Source: Octopus sinensis (Eukaryota). Taken from it: a stretch of DNA of 53,373 nucleotides. The translations under genes were made by a program, and so were the position numbers. Shown piece by piece: positions 1 through 13,773 of this stretch (positions are counted from its first letter, which is position 1; each line of letters starts with the position of its first letter). Below the pieces are notes generated by a model. The model had not been told where the DNA came from. It saw only the letters and a list, made by a program, of their open reading frames with translations, and did not search any database. Location: assembly GCF_006345805.1 (NCBI RefSeq), contig NW_021831728.1, forward strand, positions 1-53,373, written 5' to 3'.

Positions 1-61
1 AGTCTAAACAGGAATATTTCACGTTCTCTCGAACAGTTTAATATTCTTATGACGTCAGTAA

Positions 62-636
62 TATACATCCATACGAACATATATACATACACACCATGCA
101 TACATACATGCATGCATGTATGCATACATATATATATATATATATATATATACGTTTAAATATTTGTTGTGCAAGAATTTTTATGTGAAGTCCTGTGTTG
201 AAACAGATATTGTTATATTTCGGAATGGTCATATTGCTAGTTTAGCCAATAAAACACACGCACTATATATTGGTGTTATTTTGCTTCAGTGTTATTTAGT
301 TTTTACATTAAAAAATAATAACACTGAAGCAAAATAACACCAAATATATAGTGCGTGTGTTTTTATTGGCTAAACTGGCAATATGATCATTCCGAAATAT
401 AACAATATATATATAATAACAAATTGATAAATAAAACATATGCATATATATATACATATATGTACGTACCTACCTCTACATACATATATGGGTAGAGGAC
501 ACAAAAAAAAAACGTCGAACACAATGAGATACAAAAACATAAACACAAGACATTTTTCTTAAACAACGAAAAAATAGAGTACAGGACATAAGGAAAATTT
601 CCCTTCTTCAGTCGCCTATGTTTCATCTACTCCGCG

Positions 637-675
<39 letters not shown>

Positions 676-802
676 TATTCAATGGTATGGATAGTATTTT
701 TATTACATATTTGCATTTATATATATAGACGTGTATGTGCATATACATATATGTATATGTATATATCTATATATATATATATATAATAATATATATATAT
801 AT

Positions 803-863
<61 letters not shown>

Positions 864-935
864 GCGATAGAGTAAGAGAGATAGATAGATACACACATAC
901 ACATCTATATATATACATATATGTATATACACATA
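62..935. repeat. Compound microsatellite region: (ATAC)n, (TA)n, (GATA)n
   Basis: Tracts seen directly at about 62-152, 638-672 and 720-935; they explain the IYIY/YLSI ORFs. Confidence 0.95.
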
Positions 936-1282
936 TTTGCCATTATTTATTGAGCTTTATAATTTATTTGTATTATTTTTATTAAAAAAAAACTTTCAAC
1001 CTCATAATATCATACAAATAAATTACTTATACATCCATATTTCTCCATTTTCCTTATATATACCCACATACACCCACATACTCCCACACACATAGTTATA
1101 AGGTCATAAGCCATTGAGCATCTAATTTCCATATGTACGTGACCCAAGCATTGCTTCGAAAACAAGGCGATTATGTGTATGATATATTATGGAAGCCATG
1201 TCAAGTTATTTCTACCAATGCTACACTGTATCCAAAGAATAAATGATGATGATGATGATATGATATATAATAATAATAATTA

Positions 1283-1327
<45 letters not shown>

Positions 1328-1480
1328 TAATAATAATAATAATAGGGGTAAAATATCAGAGTGGATTACCTTAAGTAAATGTTTCGTCTACATTACTACT
1401 TGTAATAGTTCTCACAGACATATCTGTATTTATTAGAACAGTCGCTTTCACTTACTAGGTTCATGAACATCGACGGCAGT

Positions 1481-1810
1481 GGAGGTGCAATGGCCCAGTG
1501 GTTAGGACAGCGGACTCGCGCTCGGAGGATCGCGGTCTCGATTACCAGACCGGGCGTTGTGTGTGTTTATTGAGCGAAAACACCTAAAGCTCCACGAGGC
1601 TCCGGCAGGGGGTGATGGCGACCCCTGTTGTACTCTTCCGCCCCAACTTTCTCTCACTCTCTCTTCCTGTTTCTTGTTCCCGACTTCCTACGCAGCCGTT
1701 GAGCCTGGATGCGCATTCATCCTCTCGGTGTCGGGGGTTGACCTGCTTTCTCTTCTGCGGGTCTTACGAATAGCAAAGGTTCGGGCCGGACCACTCAACA
1801 ACAACATCAA
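1481..1810 (+). mobile_element. tRNA-headed SINE (SINE-E-related head)
   Basis: Head ggaggtgcaatggcccagtggttaggacagcggactcgcg...cgattaccagaccggg has A/B-box-like motifs. About 130 nt is homologous to the SINE at 36180-36488; the 3' half differs. End approximate. Confidence 0.7.
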
Positions 1811-2384
1811 CGGCAATAGTGTAGATGATGTTAGAAGCTAGTTGTACCTCAATGCTATTTGTCTTCAATGCCTTAAACGAGAAGGAGTCGTACTCATGAC
1901 ATTCATAACCTCTATAAAAAAAAAAAATCAGATAACTTTGACTTTATTTGATTCCGCCATCATTTTCTACTATGGCACTAGGCTTAAATTTGCACTAATT
2001 TAATGAAACCGATGTGCAAATCAATGTTGAAGAGTTTCAGCTAGTGACTTCCATATCATTACATTAACACCCTTCAACTTGAATGCGCCGAACCAGAGAA
2101 AGTTACAATCCCAGCATCAGAAATCGTGCGACATAAGAGATTTATTAATATGGCTATGTGCGTCGATATATGCACAGATTACTAAAAGAACGATGACATT
2201 GAAAGCAATAGTCGAAGCGAGCCTGGGAAAAAGTACAAGGAGTCAATATGGTTTCTTGATCTCGTCTTTTGTCAATTAACAGTATTAAGTTTACAATAAG
2301 ATTACAACTGAATTCGAATAAATTAAAACATCTGATTTTTCTCCCCATGCGCATACGTGTGTGTTTGTGTGCGATTGATTGTGT

Positions 2385-2423
<39 letters not shown>

Positions 2424-2515
2424 ATATAATATAATATATATACATATATATAAGCATATATATGTGTGTGTGTATAAATATACATGTATATATATATGTA
2501 TATGTAAAAAAAAAA

Positions 2516-2630
2516 CTGGGACAAGAACGCAAAACATTTGAAGACGATACAAAAACACAGACGGACATTCGAAGCCTTCAATCTTCAGTCAAGAACCGGA
2601 TCATCCTCGCAATTTCGGCTGATTAATCTT
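2516..2630. repeat. Short interspersed repeat embedded in (TA)n
   Basis: Flanked by (TA)n on both sides; gggacaagaacgcaaaa is shared with 49746-49762. Confidence 0.5.
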
Positions 2631-2647
2631 TATATATATATATATAT

Positions 2648-2718
<71 letters not shown>

Positions 2719-2739
2719 TGTATATATGTGTATGTGTAT

Positions 2740-2795
<56 letters not shown>

Positions 2796-2873
2796 CCACA
2801 CACACACATATTTATATATATATATACATATGTATAATTAAACACGCACAGATATATATATATAATTAAAACG

Positions 2874-2907
<34 letters not shown>

Positions 2908-4264
2908 CATTCATGCATACGTACGTACATACATACATACTACATACATACATACATACATACATACATACATACATACATACATACATACATACATAAA
3001 ACAGACATACATATATACATACATAAATGTAAGCTCTCATTTTATATGTCAGTCCATTTCAAGGGGGAAAATCGCCTTGCCAGAAGTCAGTGTTTAATTT
3101 TTTCACTAATATTTCAATTATAAAAGCATATACTATATACTCTAACATTCTTCCTCGTTTCAATTCTAGAGTCTTTAATGTGTATATATGTACAAATGCG
3201 TACAAATGTATACAGAAATTAAGGCAAACCTGCTGCATATATCTTTCCCTTTCTTTATTATGCACCTCCGGCACTTGTCCTACGCTCTCCCCACGACCTA
3301 TATTTTTCTTTATTCTTTCACACGGTCTTTTTCTCTCCCTTTCTCTCTCCATCATCGAGTCATTTTATTTACACTCCAGTTTTCGCCTCTCAATGACGTA
3401 ACGCACATTTTCACTCTTCTCTTCTATCTACATTGACAGAACATCAGGAACAGTTATACGTTACCGGGAAATTACAAATTGATTCAATTATTACCAGTAT
3501 TAATTCATGAAAATAAATGTTTTCGCGATTAATCTAGAGGCGTATAGGGAAAAATATGTTTTATTCCAACTGCAGATATGAATAATAAAAGAAACATGTA
3601 CATTTCTTTCCCAACTGATACAATGAAGAATATCTATTTATTATTATTTCTCATGGCACATGTGAAGTATCTTGTGTATTTCTCAAGGAGTTTTCGGTAA
3701 ACTTAATGAACCAACAATTTTAAAGAAAAAGAAGACTCTGAACAAGAGACAAAATCGAATATTCAAAATAATGAAACACTGAATTTTCTTTTTAAAAAAA
3801 AGGGTCAATTAAAATAGATTACTTGTTCCAGTGTGTAAGCATGACCTGTGACATCTGCTGAATAAAAATATGCGCACGCACGCGCGCGCACACACACACA
3901 CATACAAACTTCTGGCATTGCTGTAAACAAAGATTAATGAAGTGTATAGCTGTGCCAATTGGTGATATAAAATATAACTAGTTCGCTGATTGCATAGGAC
4001 TTTACTGAGATCATATATCAGTTTTCAGTGTGTATTGTATGTTTGTATGTATTTATACTGGCGTTTTTTTTAAATTCAAGTCCATTCTTGTCACAGAGGA
4101 AAAAATAGTTGTAGGAAGACTTTCGTGACCCAGTTTAAAAAAGAAAAACGTACGAAAGAAAAAGAAAGTGATAGATTAGGGATATCCTTAAACAAATACC
4201 CAGGTATTTTCAGCTGGTAATAACATGGTATTGATTTTTTTGGAGGACACTGACATTTTCTGAT

Positions 4265-5010
4265 TTTTCTTTTCATTATTAGAAATATTGCAAAAGCAAT
4301 GAGCCGGACAAAATGCTTAAAGGCATTTCGTCCGTCTTTAGTTCTGTGTTCAAATTCCACCGGGGTCGACTTTGCCTTTCTTCTTTTCAGGATCGATAAA
4401 ATAAGTACCATTTGAGTCCTGGGATCGATGTAAACGTCTTACTTCCCAACCCGACATTGTTGGCCTTGTACCAAAATTTGAAACCATACGGATGTTAAAG
4501 ACTGAGCTGTTATATTAAGTTTGTAGAGTCGTTAGTGCGTCGCACGAAATGCTCAACGGATTTTCTCCATACTCTTTGCTTTCTGAGTTCAAATTGAACC
4601 GAGGTCAACTTTAATTTTCATGCCTCCGGGGTTGATAAAAAGGTACCTGCCAATTACTGATGTCGATGCATTAACAAGCCTTCTCCACTCAAAAGCTCAG
4701 GCCTTTTATTATATTCCTCGGGTCCTGAGACTCATAAGACCAGCAACCTGATTTCCATGCCGAATAAGGGGCCGAGATCAACGTTCGTCGAATGGGACAC
4801 CGGTCCGTTGCAAGAGTACAAGGCTAGTAATTTTTTGAGGAGTAGAAGTAAGTCGATTACATCGATTCCAGTAACTTAAATAATAATTTATTTTATCGAT
4901 TCCCGAAGGAATGCAAGCAAAATTAGCCTCGGCGGGATTTGAACTCAGAACAAAAAGAGTCAGATTAAATGCCACTTCACATTTGATCTGGTATGTTGAT
5001 GATGCCGCCA
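4265..5010. mobile_element. Cluster of three diverged SINE-A copies (two +, one -)
   Basis: Diagnostic gttcaaattcc...gtcgactttgcctttc...cgataaaataagtacc motifs near 4350-4420 and 4585-4660, and reversed at 4870-4950. Confidence 0.8.
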
Positions 5011-5236
5011 GCTCATGGCCTTTTGTGCTTAAATTAGACACCAGTATTTTAATTACATTTTTACCATATGTTTTTTTTTTTCTGATTTTAAGTGAATTTG
5101 TGAAATATAATGTCATTTGTAAAATGAAGTTCCTTCGTGCATGTCACATATATACTTGCATCAAATTACATTGGTTCATTGTGTGTGTTTGGTAGGGGAA
5201 GGAATAGCACCGTGTGAATAGTTCTGTTTTTGTATG

Positions 5237-5436
5237 TACGAGGGGGTGCTGGAAAGTTCCTGGCTTCAAAGGCATCGCGAAAGGCCTGGCTAGAAGCCCA
5301 AACTTCTGAGTTCTTTTCAGGGTTTTAAAAAACTGAAGGAGCGCTGCAATAAGTGTGTGAAACTGAGAGGAGAATATGTTGAGTAAAATCATAACTGATC
5401 CTCCTGTATTTTCTTTTACCCAAAACCAGAAAAGTT
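5237..5436 (+). mobile_element. Mariner-derived MITE, right TIR truncated
   Basis: Starts TA+cgagggggtgctggaaagttcc, similar to the mariner TIR at 25105-25126. Contains a transposase C-terminal relic (..KCVKLRGEYVE*). The right TIR is only partly present (ccagaaaagtttt). Confidence 0.75.
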
Positions 5437-5679
5437 TTGGGTAGAAATCAAGATCATATTCGAAAAAGTGTCCCTAAATAAAATACAAAACTTCAATTTG
5501 ATACTTAAAAAGTTAGTCTAAATTGTCTCAAATAGAAAGGAGTTCAAAACATCAAAATACGAAAGTTGCCATAAAAAATAGTGGGTTTACTTTTATTTAA
5601 ACTGGTTCAAAGCCTACGAGATCCTCAATGCTTTCACTTTTGCTTCGAAAAGAATGAGACACCAATATTATAAATCAAA

Positions 5680-6708
5680 GAGAATGTAACCCTTGGTCCC
5701 ATCCATTGCATTACTGATGTCACATTTCTTAAATGACTTAATTGCTATGTCATTTCTTATTTTTCCCCATGAATTCTTCACCTACATGCACACCTGAGCA
5801 AGAATCGGTCATTTCCTTCGTCCGGCAGAGTTTGTAGCAAAATCTTGCTCCTACACCCAATTGTTCTATCCTCTCTCATTAAAGTCGTAAAGGATTCGTT
5901 AAAAGAATCATCGATAGGTTGTCGTTGGCTTGTTAAAGCCTCGGTTATAATAGCCAGTTGTGTTTTTAACTCATTAGCTTTTTGTCTCATGAGCTCTAAT
6001 GTAATCTCTGTTGAGGAGAGAAGGCGCTTTTGATAAGCCTTCAGGACATTTCAACCAAATGTTTTCAAACCAAAGTGGTATTCCGCCTTCATCCATCCTT
6101 CTCTTTTCAGTCATTCCTGGAAAACATTTCTTTGGGTATTATTTTCCTTTTAAAGATTAACAGACGGGTCTACACAACATGCTGACACCACTGAATGATG
6201 CGATTATTCATATCCAGTAGTCTTCACAGTAAAGGTTTTATATCAGTTGTTCAATTGCTTCGAACGATTTCATACACGTTTGTTACTTGAGACAATTCAA
6301 ATGAAATTTCTTTTCTTAACTGTATAATATATTTGTGAAATGCACACATTTTCATCTCAAACTTATCGGACATTCTTTGAACAATTTTTATTTTGGTTCT
6401 CATAACCAGGCCTTTGTGTTTCACCAACTTATTACATCGCGATATATGGCCAGTAAAGGCTTCTTAAACTATTATCACATGCAATTTTCTTTGCTTCAAA
6501 AATGATCATATCTGTAGCAAGGGTAATCCTTGCTTTCCATGATCTACAAGCCAGTTTATAGCTTATTTCTGAGATATTACCAATTTGTTTTCCTTGGAAA
6601 TAGCATTTATCGCCTTAAATAAGTTTCAATTTCTTTTCTTGATCACGTCAACAACGCATCATTTTTGTTTGTGCAGGACCAAAATGCCTTTCGCCAGCTC
6701 TATTTCCG
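5680..6708 (-). pseudogene. Decayed pogo/Tigger-family (POGK-like) DDE transposase
   Basis: Manual translation across frameshifts and stops gives GNRAGERHFGP (N-terminal DNA-binding region), TVKTTGYE*SH, RKIIPKEMF, MDEGGIPLWFENIWLKCPEGL, ELKTQLAIITEALTSQRQPIDDSFNESF and VKNSWGKIRNDIAIKSFKKCDISNAMDG. These are colinear with the pogo DDE motifs (GGLTSQLQPLDVSINKPFK; KSFKKCGISNALDG). Confidence 0.9.
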
Positions 6709-6711
6709 TAT

Positions 6712-6754
<43 letters not shown>

Positions 6755-6927
6755 TTTGGATACTTACACAAAATATGGATTTAACTGTAAATGACATTTT
6801 TTAAACATCGAGATGGGGTGAAAATACAACAAAAAATAAAGAAATAAACCACTTTGCATTTTATGTTAAAGATACAGTACTTCGCCTTTCAGTAATATAC
6901 CCAGCTTGACGGTAAGTACGTGACAGG

Positions 6928-7162
6928 CAGAGGCGGCGAGCTGGCAGAAACGTTAGCACGCCGGGCGAAATGCGTAGCCGTATTTCGTCTGCCGTTACGT
7001 TCTGAGTCCAAATTCCGCCGCGGTCGACTTTGCCTTTCATCCTTTCGGGGTCGATAAATTAAGTACCAGTTAAGCACTGGGGTCGATGTAATCGACTTAA
7101 TCTGTTTGTCTGTCCTTGTTTGTCCCCTCTATGTTTAGCCCCTTGTGGGTAGTAAAGAAATA
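6928..7162 (+). mobile_element. Full-length SINE-A with 17 bp TSD
   Basis: TSD ggtaagtacgtgacagg at 6911-6927 and 7163-7179; head ggcggcgagctggcagaaacg, tail gtaaagaaata. Confidence 0.95.
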
Positions 7163-7506
7163 GGTAAGTACGTGACAGGTTGTCGAGTAACCAAACAATA
7201 GAAACACCGATTTGGCGACTACCAACGCTAATGGCATTAAGCACTATGATTGGTCAATCACATTTGAAATCCAAGACAAGCACTTAAAAACTATATTTTG
7301 TTTGTCGAACAATTGGGCCTCAAATTCTCCAAAAACTAAAACGGCCATATTGTACTCCGCATTAAACATGTAATAACTTTTATACATTTTAGTGGGTATT
7401 ATAAAGAGTTATGTTTTTTAAAAGAAAAATAATGTTTCTATTGTTATAAATAAATTTAAATGAATTGTCCTATGCATTCTTGTTCAAGTTATGGGGTAAG
7501 AAACGA

Positions 7507-7529
7507 CGTCTTATACAGCGAGAACTACG

Positions 7530-7532
<3 letters not shown>
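7507..7532 (-). mobile_element. pogo-type terminal inverted repeat (probable 5' end of the pogo fossil)
   Basis: cgtcttatacagcgagaactacggTA resembles POGK-family ends (..gtcttata..aatacggta) and ends in TA. The partner TIR was not recognised. Confidence 0.6.
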
Positions 7533-7602
<70 letters not shown>

Positions 7603-7670
7603 GAGAGAGAGAGAAACAGAGAGACAGACAGAGAGATAGACAGACAGGTCGACAGATAGATAGGTAGATA
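7531..7670. repeat. (TG)n/(GA)n/(GACA)n microsatellite
   Basis: Seen directly. Confidence 0.95.
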
Positions 7671-8235
7671 GATATTATTTTGGACGAGCCAGCCTGTTGC
7701 TACGTAGTGTTTAACCTGTAGGCGCACAGTATCTTCAGGCAAATTGTGACTCTAAACGCATATATAAATATACGTATGTATGAGTATTATACATATATTA
7801 TATGTGCGTGTGTGCGCGTTTGTATTATAAATATAGTATATGTGTGTGTGTGTGTGTGTGTGTACAATATATATACATATTTACGTGTGTGTATGTGTCC
7901 ATGAGTATTTGCGCGCGCCCGTATGTTTGTTTGTTTATGTGTGTGTGTGTCTGTTTATCGGTCTGTTTTCTAGCATCGACACAGCTGCAGTGCTGTGTAG
8001 TAATTATAAAACGTACACATTTATTGATTGTTCAGCAGGAGAGAATCATCAACTTTCCATTGACGGTAATCGTTCATTGATATGTAGTCGTTAAACTATC
8101 GATACTGGTTCTATAGATCTCGTAAACAAGAAAAAAAAAAGCAAAGATTTCTTGAGTAAAAATAAAATTTAAAAAATTTAAAATTAGGTACTTAAATAAT
8201 AAAAAATATTATCATCATCATCATCATTATTATTA

Positions 8236-9350
8236 AGTTGGCGAGTTGGCAGAGTCGTTAGCACGCTGGGCAAAATGCTTAGCGGCATTCCATTCTAAGT
8301 TCAAATTCCACCGAGGTCGACTTCGCCTTTCATCCTTTCGGAATCAATAAATTAAGCACCGGTTGCGTACTGGGATCGATCTAATCGACTGGCCCCCTCC
8401 CCAAAAATTTCGGACCTTGTGCCTAGAGTAGAAAAGATTATTAAGTTGGCGAGGTGGCAGAATCGTTAGCACGCTGGACAAAATGCTTAGCGGCATTTCA
8501 TTCTAAGTTCAAATTCCGCCGAGGTCGACTTTTTCCTTTCATTCTTTGGGGGTCGATAAAATAATTACCAGTCAAATGCTGAGATCGATGTAATCGACTT
8601 GTTTCTTCCCCTTAAATTTTAGGCTTGTGCCTATAGGAGAAAGGGTTCTTATTCCGCCGAGATCGAATTTGTTTTTCATCTTTCAGTATCGATAAAATAA
8701 AGTATCAGTCAGTTACTGGGCCCATTACAATCATCTTTCACACAATTTGAAAAATATAGACATAAGGTGAGAAATTGAATAGTGGGGGTTAGTTAATTAC
8801 ACTGACCCGTTCTTGAACAGTATTTATTTTGTCGACCACTGAGGGATGAAAAGCAAGTTTGACCTCAGAGCCGAGTGTCAGATATAATAATGCAAAGCAT
8901 TATATCCGGCATTCTAACGAGTTTCACAATTCGCCGATTTGATATAATGCCATCAATTTTAGGAAAAGTGGGTAGTCGATTACATCAACTCTAATGCTCC
9001 ACCGGTGCTTAGTTTATCGATCTCGGCAGTATATGAACTCAGAACTTAAAACCACTTGAACAAATGCCGCAAAACATTTTTCCCGCCACATTAATGACTC
9101 TGCCAGCTCACTGCCTTTCGCTGATATATTACTCCATTCTGTTAAAGGCACAAGGCCTGAAATGTGGGGTTAGAAAACCAGTCGATTACATCGATCCCAG
9201 TGATTGGGTGGCACTTATTTAGTTGACATTGAAAGGATGAAAGGCAAAGACGACCACGGAGGAATTAGAACTCAGAACGTAAAGCTGACGAAATGCCGCG
9301 TAAACATTTTGTCCGTCGTGCCAACGATTCTGCCGGCTCTCTACCTTTTT
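8236..9350. mobile_element. Dense cluster of about six SINE-A copies and fragments in both orientations
   Basis: Tandem + copies start near 8236 and 8444; a +/- fragment pair lies at 8650-8940; - copies lie at about 8960-9120 and 9140-9350. Confidence 0.85.
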
Positions 9351-9418
9351 CGCAACACAAATCTAGATCTATACATATTAATAAAAATCGAAATAATGAG
9401 ATTTACTTCCTGAATATA

Positions 9419-9655
9419 TATTTCTTTACTACCCACAAGGGGCTAAACACAGAGGGGACAAACAAGGACAGACAAACGGATTAAGTGGATTACATCGACC
9501 CCAGTGCGTAAATGGTACTTAATTTATCGACCCCGAGAGGATGAAAGGCAAAGTCGACCTCGGCGGAATTTGAACTCAGAACGTAACAGCAGACGAAATA
9601 CGGCTACGCATTTCGCCCGGCGTGCTAACGTTTCTGCCAGCTCGTCGCCTTTGAA
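9419..9655 (-). mobile_element. Full-length SINE-A with 15 bp TSD
   Basis: TSD tacttcctgaatata at 9404-9418 and 9656-9670. Confidence 0.95.
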
Positions 9656-9764
9656 TACTTCCTGAATATAAGTTTCTCGTGAAAGTAAGGACATGCAACT
9701 GTCTGAGAATGTTTACCATTCATACGCATGAAATCTCGGTTTATTGTATTGATGATTGTAATCT

Positions 9765-10172
9765 ATACATACATACATACATACATACAATACATACATA
9801 ATACATACATACCCATAATACATACACACACAACACACACACACACATAATACATACATACATACATACATACATACATCATACAAACATACATACATAC
9901 ATACATACACACAATACATACATACATACAAACATACATACATATATCACATACATACAAACATACACACATACATACAAACATACATACATACATACAT
10001 ACATACATACATACATACACACATACATACATACACACATAATACATACATACATACATACATACATACATACATACATACATACATACATACATACACA
10101 CATACATACATACACACATACATACATACATACATACATACATACATACATACATACATACATACATACATC
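9765..10172. repeat. Long imperfect (ATAC)n array
   Basis: Seen directly; source of the MYVC ORFs. Confidence 0.95.
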
Positions 10173-10293
10173 TATATTGTTTGGCAGGTAAATATAGTAT
10201 TGAACAACTCCTAATTATTATGTAGTGCCGCGCGCACGAATGTATTGTACACATTCGTATAATCAATATTTACATGTTTGCACAAAATATATA

Positions 10294-10519
10294 TATTTCT
10301 TTACTACCCACAAGGGGCTAAACACAGAGGGGACAAACAAGGACAGACAAAGGGATTAAGTCGACTACATCGACCCCAGTGCGTAACTGGTACTTAATTA
10401 TCGACCCCGAAAGGATGAAAGGCAAAGTCGACCTCGGCGGATTGAACTCGGAACGTAACGACAGACGAAATACGCTACGAATTTCGCCCGGCGTGCTAAC
10501 GTTTCTACCAGCTCGCCGC
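10294..10519 (-). mobile_element. Full-length SINE-A
   Basis: Colinear reverse match to 6928-7162. Confidence 0.92.
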
Positions 10520-10896
10520 ATTATACATTAGTATGATGTATGTCGGTGTGCGTATATATATATATAGTGGGATATATATAAGCTGGAAATTTTTTTAAAT
10601 GTATAGAAAATGTAAAAAGGAAAGCAGACATAGAATAGCAAGTTAAAAAGTTTATAGTACACGTATAGACGAACGGAAAACAGACTCAGTAGGTCCCCAG
10701 TTCTTAATAGTCATCTTGGGTCTAATGTAATTTCAGGGACTTTTTTTTGTCTGTTTTACGTTCGTCTGTGCATGTACTATGTGTTTTTTAAATTGTCATT
10801 CTGAATCTCGTTTTCGTTTGTGCATTTACTAAATTTTTAAAAATGTCTTAACCTATTAATTAACGGAATGCAACGCAACCGTGGCTATATATATAT

Positions 10897-10943
<47 letters not shown>

Positions 10944-11214
10944 CACGCACAAACATAAATAATGGCAGCAAAATGGGTGTGTGTGTGTATGTGTGTGTGT
11001 GTGTGCGTGCGTGTGAGTATTATAGATGTGGAGCTGGTCTTAATTGTCTTGGTAAGTATAATACATATTTTTGTGGCGGGAATGATTTTAATAAATCAAG
11101 AATTCATGTTGTATGGTATTTGATATTTCAGTATTTATTTATGCTGTTCAAATACATGCCGCTGGACACTTTGAATTATCCCATGCTATTTTTGTTTAAA
11201 TTATATATATTTAT

Positions 11215-11298
<84 letters not shown>

Positions 11299-11786
11299 TA
11301 TATTATATTTATATATTATATATATTATATATAATATATATATATAATACATACATACATACATACATACATACATACACACACAACATACATACGTGTG
11401 TGTGTGTGTGTGAATAATTTAAATCTATATATTATGGATATAAAGTATATATCCATGCCGACAGACAGACATTAATTGAAAAGCTGATTGAATACCAATA
11501 TAGAAGAGTCCAAAATTTTTATTGGAGAGAAGAAATGTAACGTGACTGTGAGTCATAGTTACTCTGTATTTCTTTTATGCAAACATACACACATACATAC
11601 ATGTTATATGTATATCACACACACATACACACACACACATGCACACACACACACACACACACACATACACATATATATTTTAAAGTCTTTGAAAATTACT
11701 TGATATAGTTTTAAAAAAAAAAGATATTTTTGAAAATTATTTTTTAAAAAGAAAGATGTAAATTCTTTATCAGAACGTCACTAACC

Positions 11787-11818
<32 letters not shown>

Positions 11819-11850
11819 TGTATGTATGTAGGTGTATGTATGTATGTAAC

Positions 11851-11910
<60 letters not shown>

Positions 11911-12524
11911 ACACACACACACATATATTTATATATATAAAACGAAGAGAGAGAGAAAGACAAGGGATACAGAGATATGTACATACATGCATTCATGCAT
12001 ACATATATACACACACGCTTGCAAATACACGCATGTGTGCATGCACCCTCACGGACATATACATGTTATATATAAAATAAATGCATGTCCCTCAGCTTCC
12101 CAGATGAGTATTCGGTTAACAATTGACTACATTACTTGCTTATTGAATGCCTTAACGTGTAAGTGGTTGAGTATTCCGGAAGTACATATAATTATAATGT
12201 AATTCTCGGAGGCTGGCGGACTTTTAAATTAATGTAGAATCATCCGGCGGGCTTCTCCACAGTTTCCGTCCACCCGATTTTATTCTCAAGGTCTGGATCA
12301 ACCTAAGGCAACTGTAAAATTGCCCTAAACGCCATGTATTAGAATTGAACTTAGGACCTCGTGATTGCAAAGCTAACTTTTTAAGCGTTTGGCCATATTG
12401 TATGCTATGTGTTTTATAGCTTCCATATATATGGGTGCTTGACTGTATTGTATATATATGTTTATGCATGAAGTTAAGAACACTTGCCTGCTTTGTCCAA
12501 TCTAACATTATCATACCTTTTGCA

Positions 12525-12633
<109 letters not shown>

Positions 12634-12864
12634 CATATATATACACATACATATGTATACACTAGCACTATGACCCGGCAACGCTTTGCGGGGTGACTGG
12701 GGAAATGTAAAGATGTGCACGACCACCCTTGGACGGTTTTAAATGACCATAGAAAGTGCGAGCCCTCTGACTGAAAATTGTGGATTTGTATAAAGGACAC
12801 ACACACAGACATTTTGCCGTTTATATATATATATATATTTGAATCCGGAGAAGAAACACACTCT

Positions 12865-13171
12865 TTTAGGCCTTGTGCCTATAATAGAAAGGGTTCTTAT
12901 TCCGCCGAGATCGAATTTGTTTTTCATCCTTTCAGTATCGATAAAATAAAGTACCAGTCAATTACTGGGCCCGTTGCAATCGTCTTCTCCCCTGCTCTGA
13001 TATCGATGGCCTTGTACTACAGTTTGAAAAATATAGACATAAGGTGAGAAATTGAATTGAGGTTAATTAATTACATTGACCCCCTCATTTAGTAGCATTT
13101 ATTTTGTCGACCACTGAGGGATGAAAGGCAAGTTTGACCTCAAAGCCGAGTGTCAGATATAATAATGCAAA
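12865..13171. repeat. Local duplicate of the SINE-junction block at about 8617-8896
   Basis: Shares private junction sequences aaagggttcttattccgccgagatcgaattt, atatagacataaggtgagaaattgaat and gccgagtgtcagatataataatgcaaa. Confidence 0.9.
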
Positions 13172-13757
13172 TTATAGATATTTTAATGGGGAAGGCCGGT
13201 TTATGGAATTACCCCGGGTTTCCCGCCCATTATAAACACCAACACACACATATGGTTGGAATCAGGTTGTTGGTCCTACCGTGGTCATGGGTTGTTTTAT
13301 TGTTTGAAATGCCATGTATCATCTGATAAAAACGTCTTTTTTTTTGTTGTGATGAATTCATTAAACTATTTAAAATGCGTTGGAAACAGCTGTAATGATT
13401 TGACACTTATTCAACGTTTATATATATTTGTGTATGTGTACGATTGTATGTATGCATGTCTGTATGTCCGTATGATATTTGCTAGTTTATATGTTTTTGT
13501 GATATCATGGAAACTACTTACGTTGCGGCTGTTACTGTCTGTGCGTGTATGTATTTGTATATACATGTGTGCGTGTGTCTGTGTGCGCCTGTGTCTGTGT
13601 GTGTGCGTGTGTAAGTCGTATTGAAGCTTAAATACTAGCTCATGTTATGTAACAATAACCACGTAAATCTGGTAATATTATGGTACAGGACAAACAGAAC
13701 TAAATTGTCGATTTGATTGCCTCGGATGTAAACATTAAATCAATAAATTTCAAACAT

Positions 13758-13773
13758 GCACTAGATGGCGCTC
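13758..13773 (+). promoter_or_regulatory. Candidate CTCF-binding motif
   Basis: gCACTAGATGGCGCtc matches the CTCF core CCACTAGATGGCGC at 13 of 14 positions; motif match only. Confidence 0.3.

Noticed and set aside
2560-2625. Minus-strand GAAA and CUGAAGA motifs; similar partial cores near 1380-1420 and 47160-47190
   Set aside because: Stems do not close convincingly or the cores carry several substitutions; at most decayed relics.
8036-8065. 30 nt micro-exon candidate (ttcag|..acg|gtaatc)
   Set aside because: Too short to distinguish from chance; no partner exons or recognisable peptide.
8236-9655. Regularly recurring palindromic motifs read as a CRISPR array
   Set aside because: They are SINE copies in mixed orientations in eukaryotic DNA, with no constant repeat-spacer period or cas genes.
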